Assembly (NCBI GenBank): GCA_018607785.1
Contig: JABBAU010000026.1
Location: forward strand, 10,749 to 74,748
Direction: 5' to 3'
Length of the DNA stretch: 64,000 nt
Origin: Methylobacillus sp.
Lineage (GTDB): Bacteria > Pseudomonadota > Gammaproteobacteria > Burkholderiales > Methylophilaceae
The notes beneath the pieces were generated by a model. That model was not told where the DNA came from, searched no databases, and worked only from the letters and a program-made list of their open reading frames with translations. A program made the translations under genes and the position numbers. Positions within the stretch are counted from its first letter, which is position 1. Every line of letters begins with the position of its first letter. This document shows, in pieces, positions 9,069 through 19,742 of this stretch.

Positions 9069-10941
9069 AAAAGATAACCAAGATTCAAAATTTTTAATCC
9101 TTTGCTTAGGTGCATTGGGCGTAGTTTTTGGTGATATTGGGACAAGTCCACTTTATGCAATTAAAGAAATTTTTGCTATTAATAACAATATATTAGCGCT
9201 TACAAACTCTAATATGCTTGGCATATTATCACTCATTTTTTGGTCGTTGATTTCCATTGTTTCTGTTAAATATATCCTTTTCATTATGAGAGCAAATAAT
9301 AATGGTGAAGGCGGAATCATGGCACTACTTTCCCTTGCTTCACGAAATGCAAGAACGAGGGGTAAAAAATTATTTATTATATCTATTGGGATGTTGGGCG
9401 CTGCAATGTTTTATGCAGACGCCATGATCACGCCTGCTATTTCAGTCATCTCCGCAATAGAGGGGATCGAATTAATCACTCCCGCTTTTAGTACTTATAT
9501 TGTTCCTATTACATTAGTAATTATTTTTGTTTTATTTTGGACGCAAAGTAAAGGAACTGGTGCTGTTGGATTTATGTTTGGTCCGGTTATGCTTGTATGG
9601 TTTTTAATTTTATCTATTCTTGGAATTTATAATATTGCGCAAGAACCATCTGTTTTGAATGCGCTTAACCCTTTGCATGCATTTAACTTTTTTTCAACAC
9701 AATTTTCTATAGCGTTTATAACATTAGGTGCCGTTGTATTATGCGTCACTGGGGTCGAATCTCTTTATGCAGATATGGGGCATTTTGGCAGAAATCCCAT
9801 TAAAATTACTTGGTTTAGTTTTGTTTTTCCAGCTCTAACTTTAAATTACTTTGGCCAAGGCGCACTAATCTTAAGTGACCCAAGCACTATAAGAAACCCT
9901 TTTTATTTAATGGCTCCAGAATGGATGACATTGCCCCTTGTTATTATGGCGACAATAGCTACTATCATTGCTTCCCAAGCCTGTATTACTGGGGCATTTT
10001 CAGTTTCAAGACAAGCGCTTCAGCTTGGATTTATTCCTAGGATGAGGATTGATCATACTTCTGAAAATCAAGAAGGTCAGATTTATCTACCCAGAATAAA
10101 TTGGATGTTAATGATTGGTGTGATGAGTGTTGTAGTAATCTTTCAAAGTTCCAGTGCGCTTGCTAATGCCTATGGAATTGCAATTACACTCGATATGATA
10201 ATTGCAACTATCCTTGCAGGCTTTGTCATGCATGAAATATGGAAATGGAAATGGAAATATACTGTTACCTTCCTTGTTATATTTTTAACCATAGACGTTA
10301 TTTTCTTTTTATCAAATATCATTAAAGTACCTTCTGGTGGTTGGTTCCCTCTATTAGTTGGAATAGTATTTGTATTTTTAATCTCAACATGGAAAAAAGG
10401 TAGGAAAATCTTATTTAGGAAAACGAAAAAAGAAACAATGGAAATTGATTATTTTTTTAAAGAGATGAAAAAAAATATAAAAACACGGGTCAGTGGAACT
10501 GCAGTTTTTTTAACCCCAAATCCTGATGGTGTTCCGCACTCGTTGCTGCATAATCTAAAACATAACAAAGTGCTTCATAAGCGAATAATATTGTTATCTG
10601 TTAAATTTAGAGATTATCCTCACGCCAATAGTGAAAATATAATATCTATTAAGAAGCTTCCTAATAATTTTTACAAAGTTATTCTGAACTACGGCTATAA
10701 AGATCTAACAAAAATCCCTCAAGATTTGGCAAGATACCTTAAAGGAACATTTACCCTTGACCCCATGGATACATCATATTTTGTGGGTAAAGAAAGTTTA
10801 GTCATACGACAGGGGTCAGATATGAACTTTTTTAGAAAGAAAATTTTCTCCTATCAGTTCAGAACGTCAGAAAATATAACAAATCAATTTAATTTACCCG
10901 TAAATAGAGTTGTTGAGCTTGGGAGTAAGGTTGTTTTTTGA
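9061..10941 (+). CDS. kup: Kup/HAK/KT potassium uptake protein
   Basis: 626-aa ORF with the GVVFGDIGTSPLY signature, a 12-TM region and a cytoplasmic C-domain. The ATG overlaps the xseA end by 8 nt. Confidence 0.95.
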   Translation: MNKKDNQDSKFLILCLGALGVVFGDIGTSPLYAIKEIFAINNNILALTNSNMLGILSLIFWSLISIVSVKYILFIMRANNNGEGGIMALLSLASRNARTRGKKLFIISIGMLGAAMFYADAMITPAISVISAIEGIELITPAFSTYIVPITLVIIFVLFWTQSKGTGAVGFMFGPVMLVWFLILSILGIYNIAQEPSVLNALNPLHAFNFFSTQFSIAFITLGAVVLCVTGVESLYADMGHFGRNPIKITWFSFVFPALTLNYFGQGALILSDPSTIRNPFYLMAPEWMTLPLVIMATIATIIASQACITGAFSVSRQALQLGFIPRMRIDHTSENQEGQIYLPRINWMLMIGVMSVVVIFQSSSALANAYGIAITLDMIIATILAGFVMHEIWKWKWKYTVTFLVIFLTIDVIFFLSNIIKVPSGGWFPLLVGIVFVFLISTWKKGRKILFRKTKKETMEIDYFFKEMKKNIKTRVSGTAVFLTPNPDGVPHSLLHNLKHNKVLHKRIILLSVKFRDYPHANSENIISIKKLPNNFYKVILNYGYKDLTKIPQDLARYLKGTFTLDPMDTSYFVGKESLVIRQGSDMNFFRKKIFSYQFRTSENITNQFNLPVNRVVELGSKVVF

Positions 10942-11771
10942 TGAAAAATAAAAAGCACTTTTTTTTATCAATTTTAATTCTAGTTATTTTTATTGGTTGC
11001 ACCTCAACCACAAAAAAATCTGATTCAGATGTAGATCGTATCCAATTAATGATTCTTCCTGAGTATATGGCTATGGATATGTCGCAAAGTGGTTATACTG
11101 AAATTCTAGATAACGCAAAAAAGGATGGAATCTTAAATACAAATAGCTTGGAAGTTGAAAGAGTTAGGAACATTTCTTACAACTTGATAAGCCAAACCTA
11201 TATCTTTAGAGATGACGCTCAGGAATGGAACTGGGAAATCAATGTAATTGATAGCGAATTAATTAATGCATTTTGTATGCCTGGTGGCAAAATTGTCGTC
11301 TATTCAGGACTTATTAATAAATTAGATGCAACTGATGATGAACTCGCTGCAGTCATTGGTCATGAGATTGCGCATGCACTCAGAGAGCATGGTAGAGAAA
11401 GAATGTCATCAGCTCTTGTCCAACAAGTTGGTATTTTAGGGTTTGCAATTTTCCTTAGCAATCAGGATGGCAGCTTTTTATCAAAGCAAGCTATTTTGCA
11501 AGGGGTGGCATTAGGTACCACTCTATTTTTTGCTCTGCCAAACAGTAGAGAGCAAGAAAGAGAAGCAGATGACATGGGCTTAGAATTAACAGCCCTTGCG
11601 GGCTACAATCCGATGGCTGCAGTCAGCCTATGGAGAAAAATGGATGCACAATCTGACTCCCAACCACCAGAATTTTTAAGCACACATCCATCCAACGAAA
11701 ATAGAATAGAAGACTTACAAATTGAAGCTAAAAAATATGAAAAGCTTTACAAGGAACGGCAAAATAAATAA
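10941..11771 (+). CDS. M48 family zinc metallopeptidase lipoprotein (LoiP/YggG-like)
   Basis: Lipobox IFIGC; HEIAH zinc motif followed by EREADDMG. ATG 10941 (TGATG junction with the kup stop) is preferred over the ORF-track TTG at 10938. Confidence 0.85.
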   Translation: MKNKKHFFLSILILVIFIGCTSTTKKSDSDVDRIQLMILPEYMAMDMSQSGYTEILDNAKKDGILNTNSLEVERVRNISYNLISQTYIFRDDAQEWNWEINVIDSELINAFCMPGGKIVVYSGLINKLDATDDELAAVIGHEIAHALREHGRERMSSALVQQVGILGFAIFLSNQDGSFLSKQAILQGVALGTTLFFALPNSREQEREADDMGLELTALAGYNPMAAVSLWRKMDAQSDSQPPEFLSTHPSNENRIEDLQIEAKKYEKLYKERQNK

Positions 11772-11840
11772 TACAAGATCTTTTTTTAATTTTATTTGCT
11801 GTAAAATGTCTTTTTTTAAATTTTATCAAAGCAAAATATA

Positions 11841-12668
11841 ATGACAAACAATCAAATAATAATAGAAGCAGCTTTCGAAGATAGGTCAAACATAACCCCA
11901 AATAATGTTTCCAGTGAAATTAAGGATGCCATTAATCAAACAATTGATGGACTGAATGACGGTTCACTCAGGGTTGCATCAAGAATTAAAGATTCTCAAA
12001 ATTGGGAAACACACCAGTGGATTAAAAAAGCGGTTTTACTATCTTTTAGAATCAAAGAAAATGAGGTTATGGATGGTAATTACACTAAATTTTTTGATAA
12101 AGTCGATTCAAAATTTAGTAGTTTTACAAAAAAAGATTTTCAAAATGGTGGATATAGAGTTGTTCCTAATGCCAATGTAAGGAGAGGTAGCTTTATAAAT
12201 AAGAATGTTGTGCTTATGCCATCATATGTAAACATAGGTGCTTATGTTGATGAAGGTACTATGGTAGATACATGGGCAACTGTAGGCTCATGTGCTCAAA
12301 TTGGAAAGAATGTTCATCTATCCGGCGGTGTAGGAATTGGTGGTGTTTTAGAACCTATTCAAGCAGGCCCTACTATCATCGGGGATAACTGCTTTATTGG
12401 GGCTCGTTCTGAAGTAGTAGAAGGTGTTGTTGTTGAAGATAATGTTGTTATTTCTATGGGTGTTTATATTGGTCAATCAACAAAAATATTTGATAGAGAA
12501 ACTGGAGAGATCACCTTTGGCAGAGTCCCTAAAGGCTCGGTTGTTGTCTCAGGAAACTTGCCATCAAAAGATGGGTCTTACAGCCTATATTGTGCTGTGA
12601 TCGTAAAGAAAGTTGATGAAAAAACTTTGGGTAAAGTTGGTATAAATGAGCTACTAAGAGGAATCTAA
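11841..12668 (+). CDS. dapD: 2,3,4,5-tetrahydropyridine-2,6-dicarboxylate N-succinyltransferase
   Basis: 275 aa. Near-collinear with E. coli DapD as I recall it ([75 protein letters not shown]). Confidence 0.96.
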   Translation: MTNNQIIIEAAFEDRSNITPNNVSSEIKDAINQTIDGLNDGSLRVASRIKDSQNWETHQWIKKAVLLSFRIKENEVMDGNYTKFFDKVDSKFSSFTKKDFQNGGYRVVPNANVRRGSFINKNVVLMPSYVNIGAYVDEGTMVDTWATVGSCAQIGKNVHLSGGVGIGGVLEPIQAGPTIIGDNCFIGARSEVVEGVVVEDNVVISMGVYIGQSTKIFDRETGEITFGRVPKGSVVVSGNLPSKDGSYSLYCAVIVKKVDEKTLGKVGINELLRGI

Positions 12669-12670
12669 TA

Positions 12671-13033
12671 ATGTTGTCTGTATATGGAATTAAAAATTGT
12701 AATACAGTAAAAAAAGGATTGGATTGGCTTAATAAAAATAAAATCGATTATGAATTCTTTGATGTTAAGAAAATAAATTTAACTGATGAAAAAATAAGTG
12801 AATGGATTGACAATATTAGCGAGCCCTATTCACCAGAAAATTTACTCAATAAATCAGGTATGACTTGGAGAAAGCTATCTGACAATGAAAAAAATTTATC
12901 CCTTACAAAGAAAAATATTGTTATTTTAATTAAGAAATATCCTACGGCCATGAAAAGACCACTTATTATAAATAATAAAGAAGTTTTAGCGATTGGTTTT
13001 GATGAAAATATATATAAAGAAAATTTTAAATGA
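12671..13033 (+). CDS. yffB: ArsC/Spx-family protein YffB
   Basis: 120 aa. The N-terminus [16 protein letters not shown] matches the E. coli YffB pattern YGIKNCDTIKKA. Single Cys. Sits in the conserved position next to dapE. Confidence 0.8.
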   Translation: MLSVYGIKNCNTVKKGLDWLNKNKIDYEFFDVKKINLTDEKISEWIDNISEPYSPENLLNKSGMTWRKLSDNEKNLSLTKKNIVILIKKYPTAMKRPLIINNKEVLAIGFDENIYKENFK

Positions 13034-14157
13034 GTAGAACGCTAAACCTTTCCAAAGAACTAATTGCCAAAGAGTCGATCACTCCTAAAGATGAGGGATG
13101 TCAGGACCTATTGATTCATCATTTAGAAAAATTGGGTTTTGAAATAGAAAAAATGCCACATGGTGAAGTTCAAAACTTTTATGCTAAAAAAGGCTCAACA
13201 AGTCCTCTTATTGTTTTTGCTGGTCACACAGATGTCGTTCCTCCCGGACCTATAGATAAATGGTTAAGCTCTCCTTTTGAACCCACAATAAAAGAAAATA
13301 TCCTATATGGAAGAGGCGCAGCTGACATGAAAACTTCCTTAGCTGCATTTGTAGTTAGTATTGAGGAATTCATATCTGAAAACCCCAATCATAAAGGAGC
13401 AATAGGTTTACTAATAACTTCCGATGAGGAAGGTGTGGCTACAGATGGAACTGTCAAGGTTGTTGAAGCACTTCAAGAAAGGCAAGAAAAAATAGATTAT
13501 TGCATTGTTGGTGAACCAACTTCTTCAAAAAAATTTGGTGATACCGTTAAAAATGGAAGGAGAGGATCTCTTTCAGCAAAGCTTACCGTAAAAGGTATTC
13601 AAGGTCATATTGCATATCCTGAATTAATAAAAAATCCTATTCACGAAGTGGCGCCTGCAATTGATGATTTAGTAAATACTATTTGGGATGAAGGAAATGA
13701 ATATTTTCCTAAAACATCATATCAAGTTTCAAATATAAATGGAGGTACGGGTGCAACGAATGTGGTGCCTGGGCATGTTGAAGTTTTATTTAATTTTCGA
13801 TACTCATCCTCTGTTACTGCTGAAATATTAAAAGAGAGGGTTGAGGCTATCCTTAATAAACATAAATTAGAATTCTTAATAGAATGGCAACACTCTGGGC
13901 AGCCTTACCTTACTGAAAAAGGTATGCTTGTTGATATAGTTTCGTCTTCAATTGAGGAAGTTTGCGGGGCTAAACCGACCATTTCGACAACAGGTGGCAC
14001 GTCTGATGGAAGATTTATCGCAAGACTTTGTGATCAAGTTGTAGAATTTGGTCCCATCAACGAATCTATACATAAAATTAATGAACATATCGATATCGGA
14101 TGTATTGATAAACTTAAAGATATTTACAAGTTAGCTTTAAAAAAGGCTTTGGCCTAA
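13030..14157 (+). CDS. dapE: Succinyl-diaminopimelate desuccinylase
   Basis: 375 aa. M20 peptidase metal-ligand blocks ([20 protein letters not shown]). ATGA overlap with yffB. Confidence 0.93.
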   Translation: MSRTLNLSKELIAKESITPKDEGCQDLLIHHLEKLGFEIEKMPHGEVQNFYAKKGSTSPLIVFAGHTDVVPPGPIDKWLSSPFEPTIKENILYGRGAADMKTSLAAFVVSIEEFISENPNHKGAIGLLITSDEEGVATDGTVKVVEALQERQEKIDYCIVGEPTSSKKFGDTVKNGRRGSLSAKLTVKGIQGHIAYPELIKNPIHEVAPAIDDLVNTIWDEGNEYFPKTSYQVSNINGGTGATNVVPGHVEVLFNFRYSSSVTAEILKERVEAILNKHKLEFLIEWQHSGQPYLTEKGMLVDIVSSSIEEVCGAKPTISTTGGTSDGRFIARLCDQVVEFGPINESIHKINEHIDIGCIDKLKDIYKLALKKALA

Positions 14158-14990
14158 GATAGATAATTTTTTTTAGGCTTTCTTTTGTTTGAGATCTGTG
14201 GGATTTTGAATTGATTTACATCAAAATTGTGTTCTCTTAAAACTTCCTTCACATGCTTTTGACTTAATTCTAAGTGCATGCCCCTTTTTAAATGAGAAGG
14301 CAGTCTAATTTCCCCAAACCTTACTCTAATTAACCGACTGACTGTAAAATTTAATTTCTCAAACAATCTCCTCACCTCTCTATTTCTACCTTCTCTGATA
14401 GTTACTTTATACCAATGGTTTACCCCTTCCCCACCCTCAAAAATAATAGAATCTAAAGCTGCCTTTCCATCATCCAAAAGAATCCCGTCTTTTAACTGCT
14501 TCATTTGAATCTCTGTCAGTTCACCTAAAATTCTTACAGAATACTCCCTTTCAATCTCATATCTTGGATGCATGAGCCTGTTTGCTAATGCTCCATGTGT
14601 TGTAAAAATTAATAACCCAGATGTATTGAAATCAAGTCTTCCAATAGCAACCCATTTTTCTTTTGTTAATTTCGGTAGGTGATCGAACACACTCGGCCTA
14701 TTTTTTGGATCATTTTTAGAAACAATTTCGCCATCTGTTTTATGGTAAAGAAGGATTTTAGGTAAAAGAGTGTCCTCACTCAATCGTATTAGTTTTCCGT
14801 CAAATACAATTTTATCTTTTGAAGATACGGTTTGCCCCAGATGTGCTGGTGAATTATTTACTTCAATTCTGTTTTCTAAAATTGCTTTTTCAATTCCTCT
14901 TCTTGACCCTACTCCCTGTTGAGCCAAAGCCTTTTGGATTCTTATTAATGAGGCTTCTTCTAGATTATCTTTAATTTTTTTTTGGGCCAA
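14154..14990 (-). CDS. rluB: 23S rRNA pseudouridine synthase, RluB-like (S4 domain plus RsuA/RluB core)
   Basis: 278 aa. S4 domain ([16 protein letters not shown]), catalytic [14 protein letters not shown], basic C-tail. TTG start inferred. The 3' end overlaps dapE convergently by 4 nt. Confidence 0.85.
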   Translation of the reverse strand: MAQKKIKDNLEEASLIRIQKALAQQGVGSRRGIEKAILENRIEVNNSPAHLGQTVSSKDKIVFDGKLIRLSEDTLLPKILLYHKTDGEIVSKNDPKNRPSVFDHLPKLTKEKWVAIGRLDFNTSGLLIFTTHGALANRLMHPRYEIEREYSVRILGELTEIQMKQLKDGILLDDGKAALDSIIFEGGEGVNHWYKVTIREGRNREVRRLFEKLNFTVSRLIRVRFGEIRLPSHLKRGMHLELSQKHVKEVLREHNFDVNQFKIPQISNKRKPKKNYLS

Positions 14991-14996
14991 AATAAA

Positions 14997-15596
14997 TTAT
15001 TCACTATGATTTAAATTACTGACTTCTTGAGGACTCTCTAATGGATTTTCTTCATTATTTGATAAGTTTAAATCAGAATTTTCTAATTCTTTATACTCTG
15101 GTAGCTGAGATAAAGACTTCAATCCAAAATCATCAAGAAAATATTTCGTCGTCGCATACAATGAAGGTCTCCCTGGGACTTCTTTTTGACCAATGATATC
15201 CACCCATTCTCTTTCAATGAGTTGCTTCAAGGAGTTTGGGTTTAGCGAGACCCCTCTTATTTTTTCGATATCTCCTCTTGTGACTGGCTGTCTATAGGCA
15301 ATTATAGCCAGCACCTCCAATACGGCTCTTGAATATTTAGGGACCCTATCGGGATTAAGTTTTTTTAGAAATTCTGAAAATTCTACTTTTGACTGAAATC
15401 GATATCCATGTGCCACTTGAACTAAATCTAGTGATTTATCTTGCCAATCTTGCTGAATTTCATCAAGTAACATTCTAATCGTTGAGCGCTCAATGTTTTT
15501 ATCAAACATTTTTTGAAAATCATCAATAGATAAAGGCTGGCTATTTGTTAACAAAGCCACTTCGATAATTTGTTTTATTTTATTATCTTCAACCAT
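14997..15596 (-). CDS. scpB: Segregation and condensation protein B
   Basis: 199 aa. ScpB winged-helix blocks (IIEVALLTNSQPLS; LSRAVLEVLAIIAYRQPVTRGDIEKIRGV). TAATG junction with scpA. Confidence 0.85.
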   Translation of the reverse strand: MVEDNKIKQIIEVALLTNSQPLSIDDFQKMFDKNIERSTIRMLLDEIQQDWQDKSLDLVQVAHGYRFQSKVEFSEFLKKLNPDRVPKYSRAVLEVLAIIAYRQPVTRGDIEKIRGVSLNPNSLKQLIEREWVDIIGQKEVPGRPSLYATTKYFLDDFGLKSLSQLPEYKELENSDLNLSNNEENPLESPQEVSNLNHSE

Positions 15597-16393
15597 TATG
15601 CTGTCTCCAGTTGGATATATAAGGGGGAGCAGGGTTCTTGTTGATTTATTTTAATTAATCTTTCTTTTGATAACTCAAGGATTGCTAAAAAACATACAAC
15701 TAATTTTGGAATAGGATCCTTCTCTTCGTTAAATAAACTTGAGAACTCTATTAAATTATTTTCCTTCAAAGCTCTTAAGATTGATGTCATGTGTTCTCTA
15801 ACAGATAACTCCGATTTTGAAATTGTATGTTGCTCAAATTGCTTCGCTCTTTTAATCACATTTACCCAAGCAGAATATAAGTCATTCATATTCACCTCAG
15901 GAGGTATTTTATTTACTTCAGTTTCAAAATATGCACTAGTCCCCAACATATCTCGACCGATTTGAGGCATTACATTGAGCTCTTCAGCAGCTAATTTCAT
16001 CTGCTCGTACTCAATAAGTTTTCTAACAAGATCTGCTCTTGGATCATCTTCTTCATCCTCAGAGGCCTCTGGTTTAGGGAGCAACAATCTTGATTTTATT
16101 TCAATTAACATGGCCGACATTAGCAAATAATCTGCTGCAAGCTCTATATTGATTATCTTCATCTGTTCAACATAACTTATATATTGTGAAGTTAAGTTGG
16201 CCATTGGAATGTCAAGCACATCAATATTATCTTTTCTAATCAGATAAAGTAAAAGATCTAAAGGTCCTTCGAAAGACTCCAAATAAACTTCAAGCGCATC
16301 AGGGGGGATAAAAAGGTCTAAAGGCAGTTGAGCAATATTTTCTCCGTATAGCTTTGCCTCAACCTTATGGTTATTATTTACCAATTCTGTCAT
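15596..16393 (-). CDS. scpA: Segregation and condensation protein A (kleisin)
   Basis: 265 aa. Characteristic FEGPLDLLLYLIRKDNIDVLDIPMANLTSQY block. Starts immediately after the trpS stop. Confidence 0.85.
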   Translation of the reverse strand: MTELVNNNHKVEAKLYGENIAQLPLDLFIPPDALEVYLESFEGPLDLLLYLIRKDNIDVLDIPMANLTSQYISYVEQMKIINIELAADYLLMSAMLIEIKSRLLLPKPEASEDEEDDPRADLVRKLIEYEQMKLAAEELNVMPQIGRDMLGTSAYFETEVNKIPPEVNMNDLYSAWVNVIKRAKQFEQHTISKSELSVREHMTSILRALKENNLIEFSSLFNEEKDPIPKLVVCFLAILELSKERLIKINQQEPCSPLYIQLETA

Positions 16394-17593
16394 TTAAAAA
16401 CTGATTCCCATCACTTCTCTGACATCTCTCATTGTATCTCTCGCAATCTTTCTTGCTTTTTCACAGCCTTCTCCAATGATGCTTTGAACAAGCTCTGGAC
16501 TTTCTATGTATTTTTTTGCCCTTTCGTTGATTGGTCCTAATTCTTTTGTAATCGAGTCAATTACAGGCTGCTTGCATTCAATACATCCCATATTAGCATT
16601 CTTACATCCATTTTTGACCCACTCTTGAGTTTTTTCATCAGAATATACTTGATGTAAAGGCCATACTGGGCAGTTTTTTGGGTCTCCTGGGTCAGTTTTC
16701 CTAATCCTTGCCGGATCCGTTGGCATGGTTCTAATTTTCTTTTGAATTTCTTCAGAACTTTCAGTTAAAGCAATAGTATTGTTATAAGATTTTGACATCT
16801 TCTGACCATCCAGACCGACCATTTTAGATGCAGGAGTTAATTTATATTCAGGCTCAATTAAAATAATTTTACCTCCACCCTCCAAGTAACCAAGTAATCG
16901 CTCTTGATCGCCCAAACTTAAAATTTGTTGTTCATCAATAAGAGATTGCGCAGAAGCTAATGCTTGGTCATCTCCCTCTTCTTGATATGCATCCTTAAGT
17001 TCTCGATAGAGCTGACCTTTTTTTGTGCCTAATTTTTTTATCGCCTCTTCAGCTTTGTCTTCGAACCCCTTCTCTTTCCCATACAAATGATTAAATCGCC
17101 TTGCTACCTCCCTTGTAAACTCAATATGAGGTACCTGATCCTCACCTACAGGCACTTGCGTGGCCCTATAAATTAGAATATCTGCACTTTGAAGCAATGG
17201 GTAGCCCAAGAAACCATAAGTCGATAAATCTTTTGAAGATAATTTTTCTTGCTGATCTTTGTAAGTCGGTACCCTTTCTAACCAACTCAATGGGGTAATC
17301 ATTGACAATAAAGTATGAAGCTCTGCATGTTCTGGTACTTTGGATTGAATAAAAATTGTTGCGTTTGCAGGGTCTACGCCAGCAGCGAGCCAATCAATAA
17401 CCATGCTAGTAACATTTTTTTCAATAATTTCTGGCGAGTCGTAGTGAGTAGTTAATGCATGCCAATCAGCAACAAAAAATAGGCACTCGAATTCATGTTG
17501 AAGATCTACCCAATTTTTTAATACGCCATTATAGTGCCCTAGATGTAGACTGCCTGTTGGTCTCATTCCAGAAACAACTCTTTCTATTGCCAT
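16394..17593 (-). CDS. trpS: Tryptophan--tRNA ligase, long form with insertion and Cys4 motif
   Basis: 399 aa. Class I motifs GSLHLGH (HIGH) and KMSKS. About 65-aa insertion between NHLYG and the KMSKS loop. C308-x21-C330-x6-C337-x2-C340 in the C-terminal domain. Confidence 0.95.
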   Translation of the reverse strand: MAIERVVSGMRPTGSLHLGHYNGVLKNWVDLQHEFECLFFVADWHALTTHYDSPEIIEKNVTSMVIDWLAAGVDPANATIFIQSKVPEHAELHTLLSMITPLSWLERVPTYKDQQEKLSSKDLSTYGFLGYPLLQSADILIYRATQVPVGEDQVPHIEFTREVARRFNHLYGKEKGFEDKAEEAIKKLGTKKGQLYRELKDAYQEEGDDQALASAQSLIDEQQILSLGDQERLLGYLEGGGKIILIEPEYKLTPASKMVGLDGQKMSKSYNNTIALTESSEEIQKKIRTMPTDPARIRKTDPGDPKNCPVWPLHQVYSDEKTQEWVKNGCKNANMGCIECKQPVIDSITKELGPINERAKKYIESPELVQSIIGEGCEKARKIARDTMRDVREVMGISF

Positions 17594-17608
17594 TTTTTTA
17601 AATTCCTT

Positions 17609-18250
17609 TTAACCAAAAATTGTCAAAATAACATTCTGGCTGACTCTAATTAAAGGAGACAATATCGCTCCTAGTATTCCTGTTGCCAGCAAAAAAATTA
17701 AAATAAAAAATCCATACCTCTCCAGACCAGCTAATTTTCCAGACCAAGGATATGGAAGTAAACTCACTGCCACTCTTCCTCCATCTAAAGGTGGGAGTGG
17801 TAATAAATTTAAGACCATCAAAACAATATTAATTTGAATACCCGCTATCGCCATAACCCCTATAAAACTTTGTGCCATATTTGGAAAAAATAATTGATTT
17901 GAATATATGATTGTCCAAAAAATTGCCATTATTAAATTAGCTCCTGGCCCTGCCAATGCAACCCATAACATATCTTTTTTTGGATTACGAAGATTTGAAA
18001 AATTTACAGGTACAGGCTTAGCCCAACCAAAAATAAAACCTGCTTGTAAAAAAAATAGTAATGCCGGTAGAACTATTGTTCCCATCGGATCAATATGTCT
18101 TATTGGGTTTAAAGATATTCGCTTTAGATGAAAAGCAGTCATATCTCCAAAATATTTGGCAGCATAGCCATGAGCTGCTTCATGAACTGTAATCGCAAAA
18201 ATAATTGGAAGTGAATATGCAGCAAATTTTTGAATAATGGTTAAATCCAT
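17609..18250 (-). CDS. M50 (site-2 protease) family membrane metalloprotease, no PDZ domain
   Basis: 213 aa, multi-TM. HEAAHG (HExxH) in the first TM segment and LNLLPLPPLDGG (LDG motif) later. Confidence 0.8.
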   Translation of the reverse strand: MDLTIIQKFAAYSLPIIFAITVHEAAHGYAAKYFGDMTAFHLKRISLNPIRHIDPMGTIVLPALLFFLQAGFIFGWAKPVPVNFSNLRNPKKDMLWVALAGPGANLIMAIFWTIIYSNQLFFPNMAQSFIGVMAIAGIQINIVLMVLNLLPLPPLDGGRVAVSLLPYPWSGKLAGLERYGFFILIFLLATGILGAILSPLIRVSQNVILTIFG

Positions 18251-18296
18251 AAGTTAAGATTCTACAGGCAAAATATGTGAAATGTGATTGTTCATT

Positions 18297-19154
18297 TTAG
18301 TGGAATAATTTTTTTATTTGATCCCATTTTGTCCATATCGGGATGGAATCATTTGGTAAGGATCGAACATTACCGAGTGCACGATGAGAGATTCCTTTTC
18401 CATGAAAATCTGAACCACAAGATGAGAATAAATTATAATTGGCTGCAAGCTTAGAAAAGTAGTTAGCTTGTGATGGGTCTTGGCTTCCTGACATCACCTC
18501 AACACCTGTGCCTCCCAAATCCTTGAACTCTTGAAATAATTTTGGGTAAAGCTTATTTCCCATATCATACCTCCCTGGATGCGCAATAATTGCATCCCCA
18601 CCAGCACCATTGATAAGTCTTATTGATTCTTCTAGAGAAATCCATTCATGATCAACATAGCCTGGTTTACCAGGGGTGAGGAATTTTTTAAAAACAGCAC
18701 TGATATCTTTTGCATATCCTTGCGCAACTAAGAATTGTGCAAAATGAATTCTTCCGATCGTACTATTTTTAGCATATGATTTAGCCCCATCCATTGCCCC
18801 TTGAATTCCCGCCATCCCTAATCCATCTGCCATTAATTGTGCTCTCTTATAGCGGCCATCCCTTATTTTTTTTAAGCCCTGAAAGAGTAATTTATTATCT
18901 TTATCAAAATTTAAACCTACTATGTGTAAAGTTCTTTTTTTCCAAGTGACAGATATTTCCACCCCATTTATAAAAATAATGTTTAAACTTTTTGCAGTAA
19001 TACTTGCCTCGCTTAAACCAGCAATGTCATCATGATCAGTCAAAGCAATAGCTTGGACATTATTTTCAGCTGCATGTGACATTAATTCTGCGGGGGATAG
19101 AAGGCCATCAGATACATTGGAATGACAATGAAGGTCTATTATAGGTATATTCAT
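18297..19154 (-). CDS. trpH: PHP-domain phosphoesterase (TrpH/YciV, RNase AM-like)
   Basis: 285 aa. N-terminal DLHCHSNVSDG and LTDHD, and C-terminal GSDFHG, are metal-binding PHP motifs. Confidence 0.85.
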   Translation of the reverse strand: MNIPIIDLHCHSNVSDGLLSPAELMSHAAENNVQAIALTDHDDIAGLSEASITAKSLNIIFINGVEISVTWKKRTLHIVGLNFDKDNKLLFQGLKKIRDGRYKRAQLMADGLGMAGIQGAMDGAKSYAKNSTIGRIHFAQFLVAQGYAKDISAVFKKFLTPGKPGYVDHEWISLEESIRLINGAGGDAIIAHPGRYDMGNKLYPKLFQEFKDLGGTGVEVMSGSQDPSQANYFSKLAANYNLFSSCGSDFHGKGISHRALGNVRSLPNDSIPIWTKWDQIKKLFH

Positions 19155-19211
19155 ATTTACCTTATAATTATATTAGTTATTAACCTTTTAGAATAGAGAA
19201 AGTTTTTCCAA

Positions 19212-19739
19212 ATGAAATTTTTATATGACCTTTTACCCGTAATTCTTTTTTTTATCAGTTATAAAATTTACGATATTTTCATAGCAACAGGGGTTGCAAT
19301 CATAGCTACTCTTCTTCAAGTGCTTTATGACTATATTAAAAATAAAAAGATAGACAAGATGTTACTTTTTAATGGAGCTACAATCACCATTTTAGGTGGG
19401 CTTACAATTATTTTTCAAGACAAAACCTTTATCATGTGGAAGCCATCGGTTCTATATTGGCTCTTTGCCGCTGTTCTATTTATCTCAAATTATTTTTTTA
19501 ACAAAAATCTAATCAAGCTTGCTATGGGTCAAAAAATTGAATTAGAAGATAGCTATTGGAATAATTTAAATAACGCTACAGGATTATTTTTTATAATGCT
19601 TGGGTTTATAAACTTATATGTGGCATATAACTACGAAGAGGATACATGGGTGAATTTTAAATTATTTGGAATTACAGGTATTTTGTTTATCTATATTATA
19701 TTTTTGACTATATACATCTCAAAGGTGAGTAAAAAATAA
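19212..19739 (+). CDS. yciB: Intracellular septation protein A / inner-membrane protein YciB
   Basis: 175 aa, 5 TM. The N-terminus MKFLYDLLPVILFFISYKIYDIF resembles E. coli YciB. Confidence 0.85.
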   Translation: MKFLYDLLPVILFFISYKIYDIFIATGVAIIATLLQVLYDYIKNKKIDKMLLFNGATITILGGLTIIFQDKTFIMWKPSVLYWLFAAVLFISNYFFNKNLIKLAMGQKIELEDSYWNNLNNATGLFFIMLGFINLYVAYNYEEDTWVNFKLFGITGILFIYIIFLTIYISKVSKK

Positions 19740-19742
19740 ATT

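Noticed and set aside
10938-10940. TTG start for the M48 peptidase given by the ORF track.
   Set aside because: An ATG follows immediately at 10941 and forms a TGATG junction with the kup stop. The extra codon is unnecessary.
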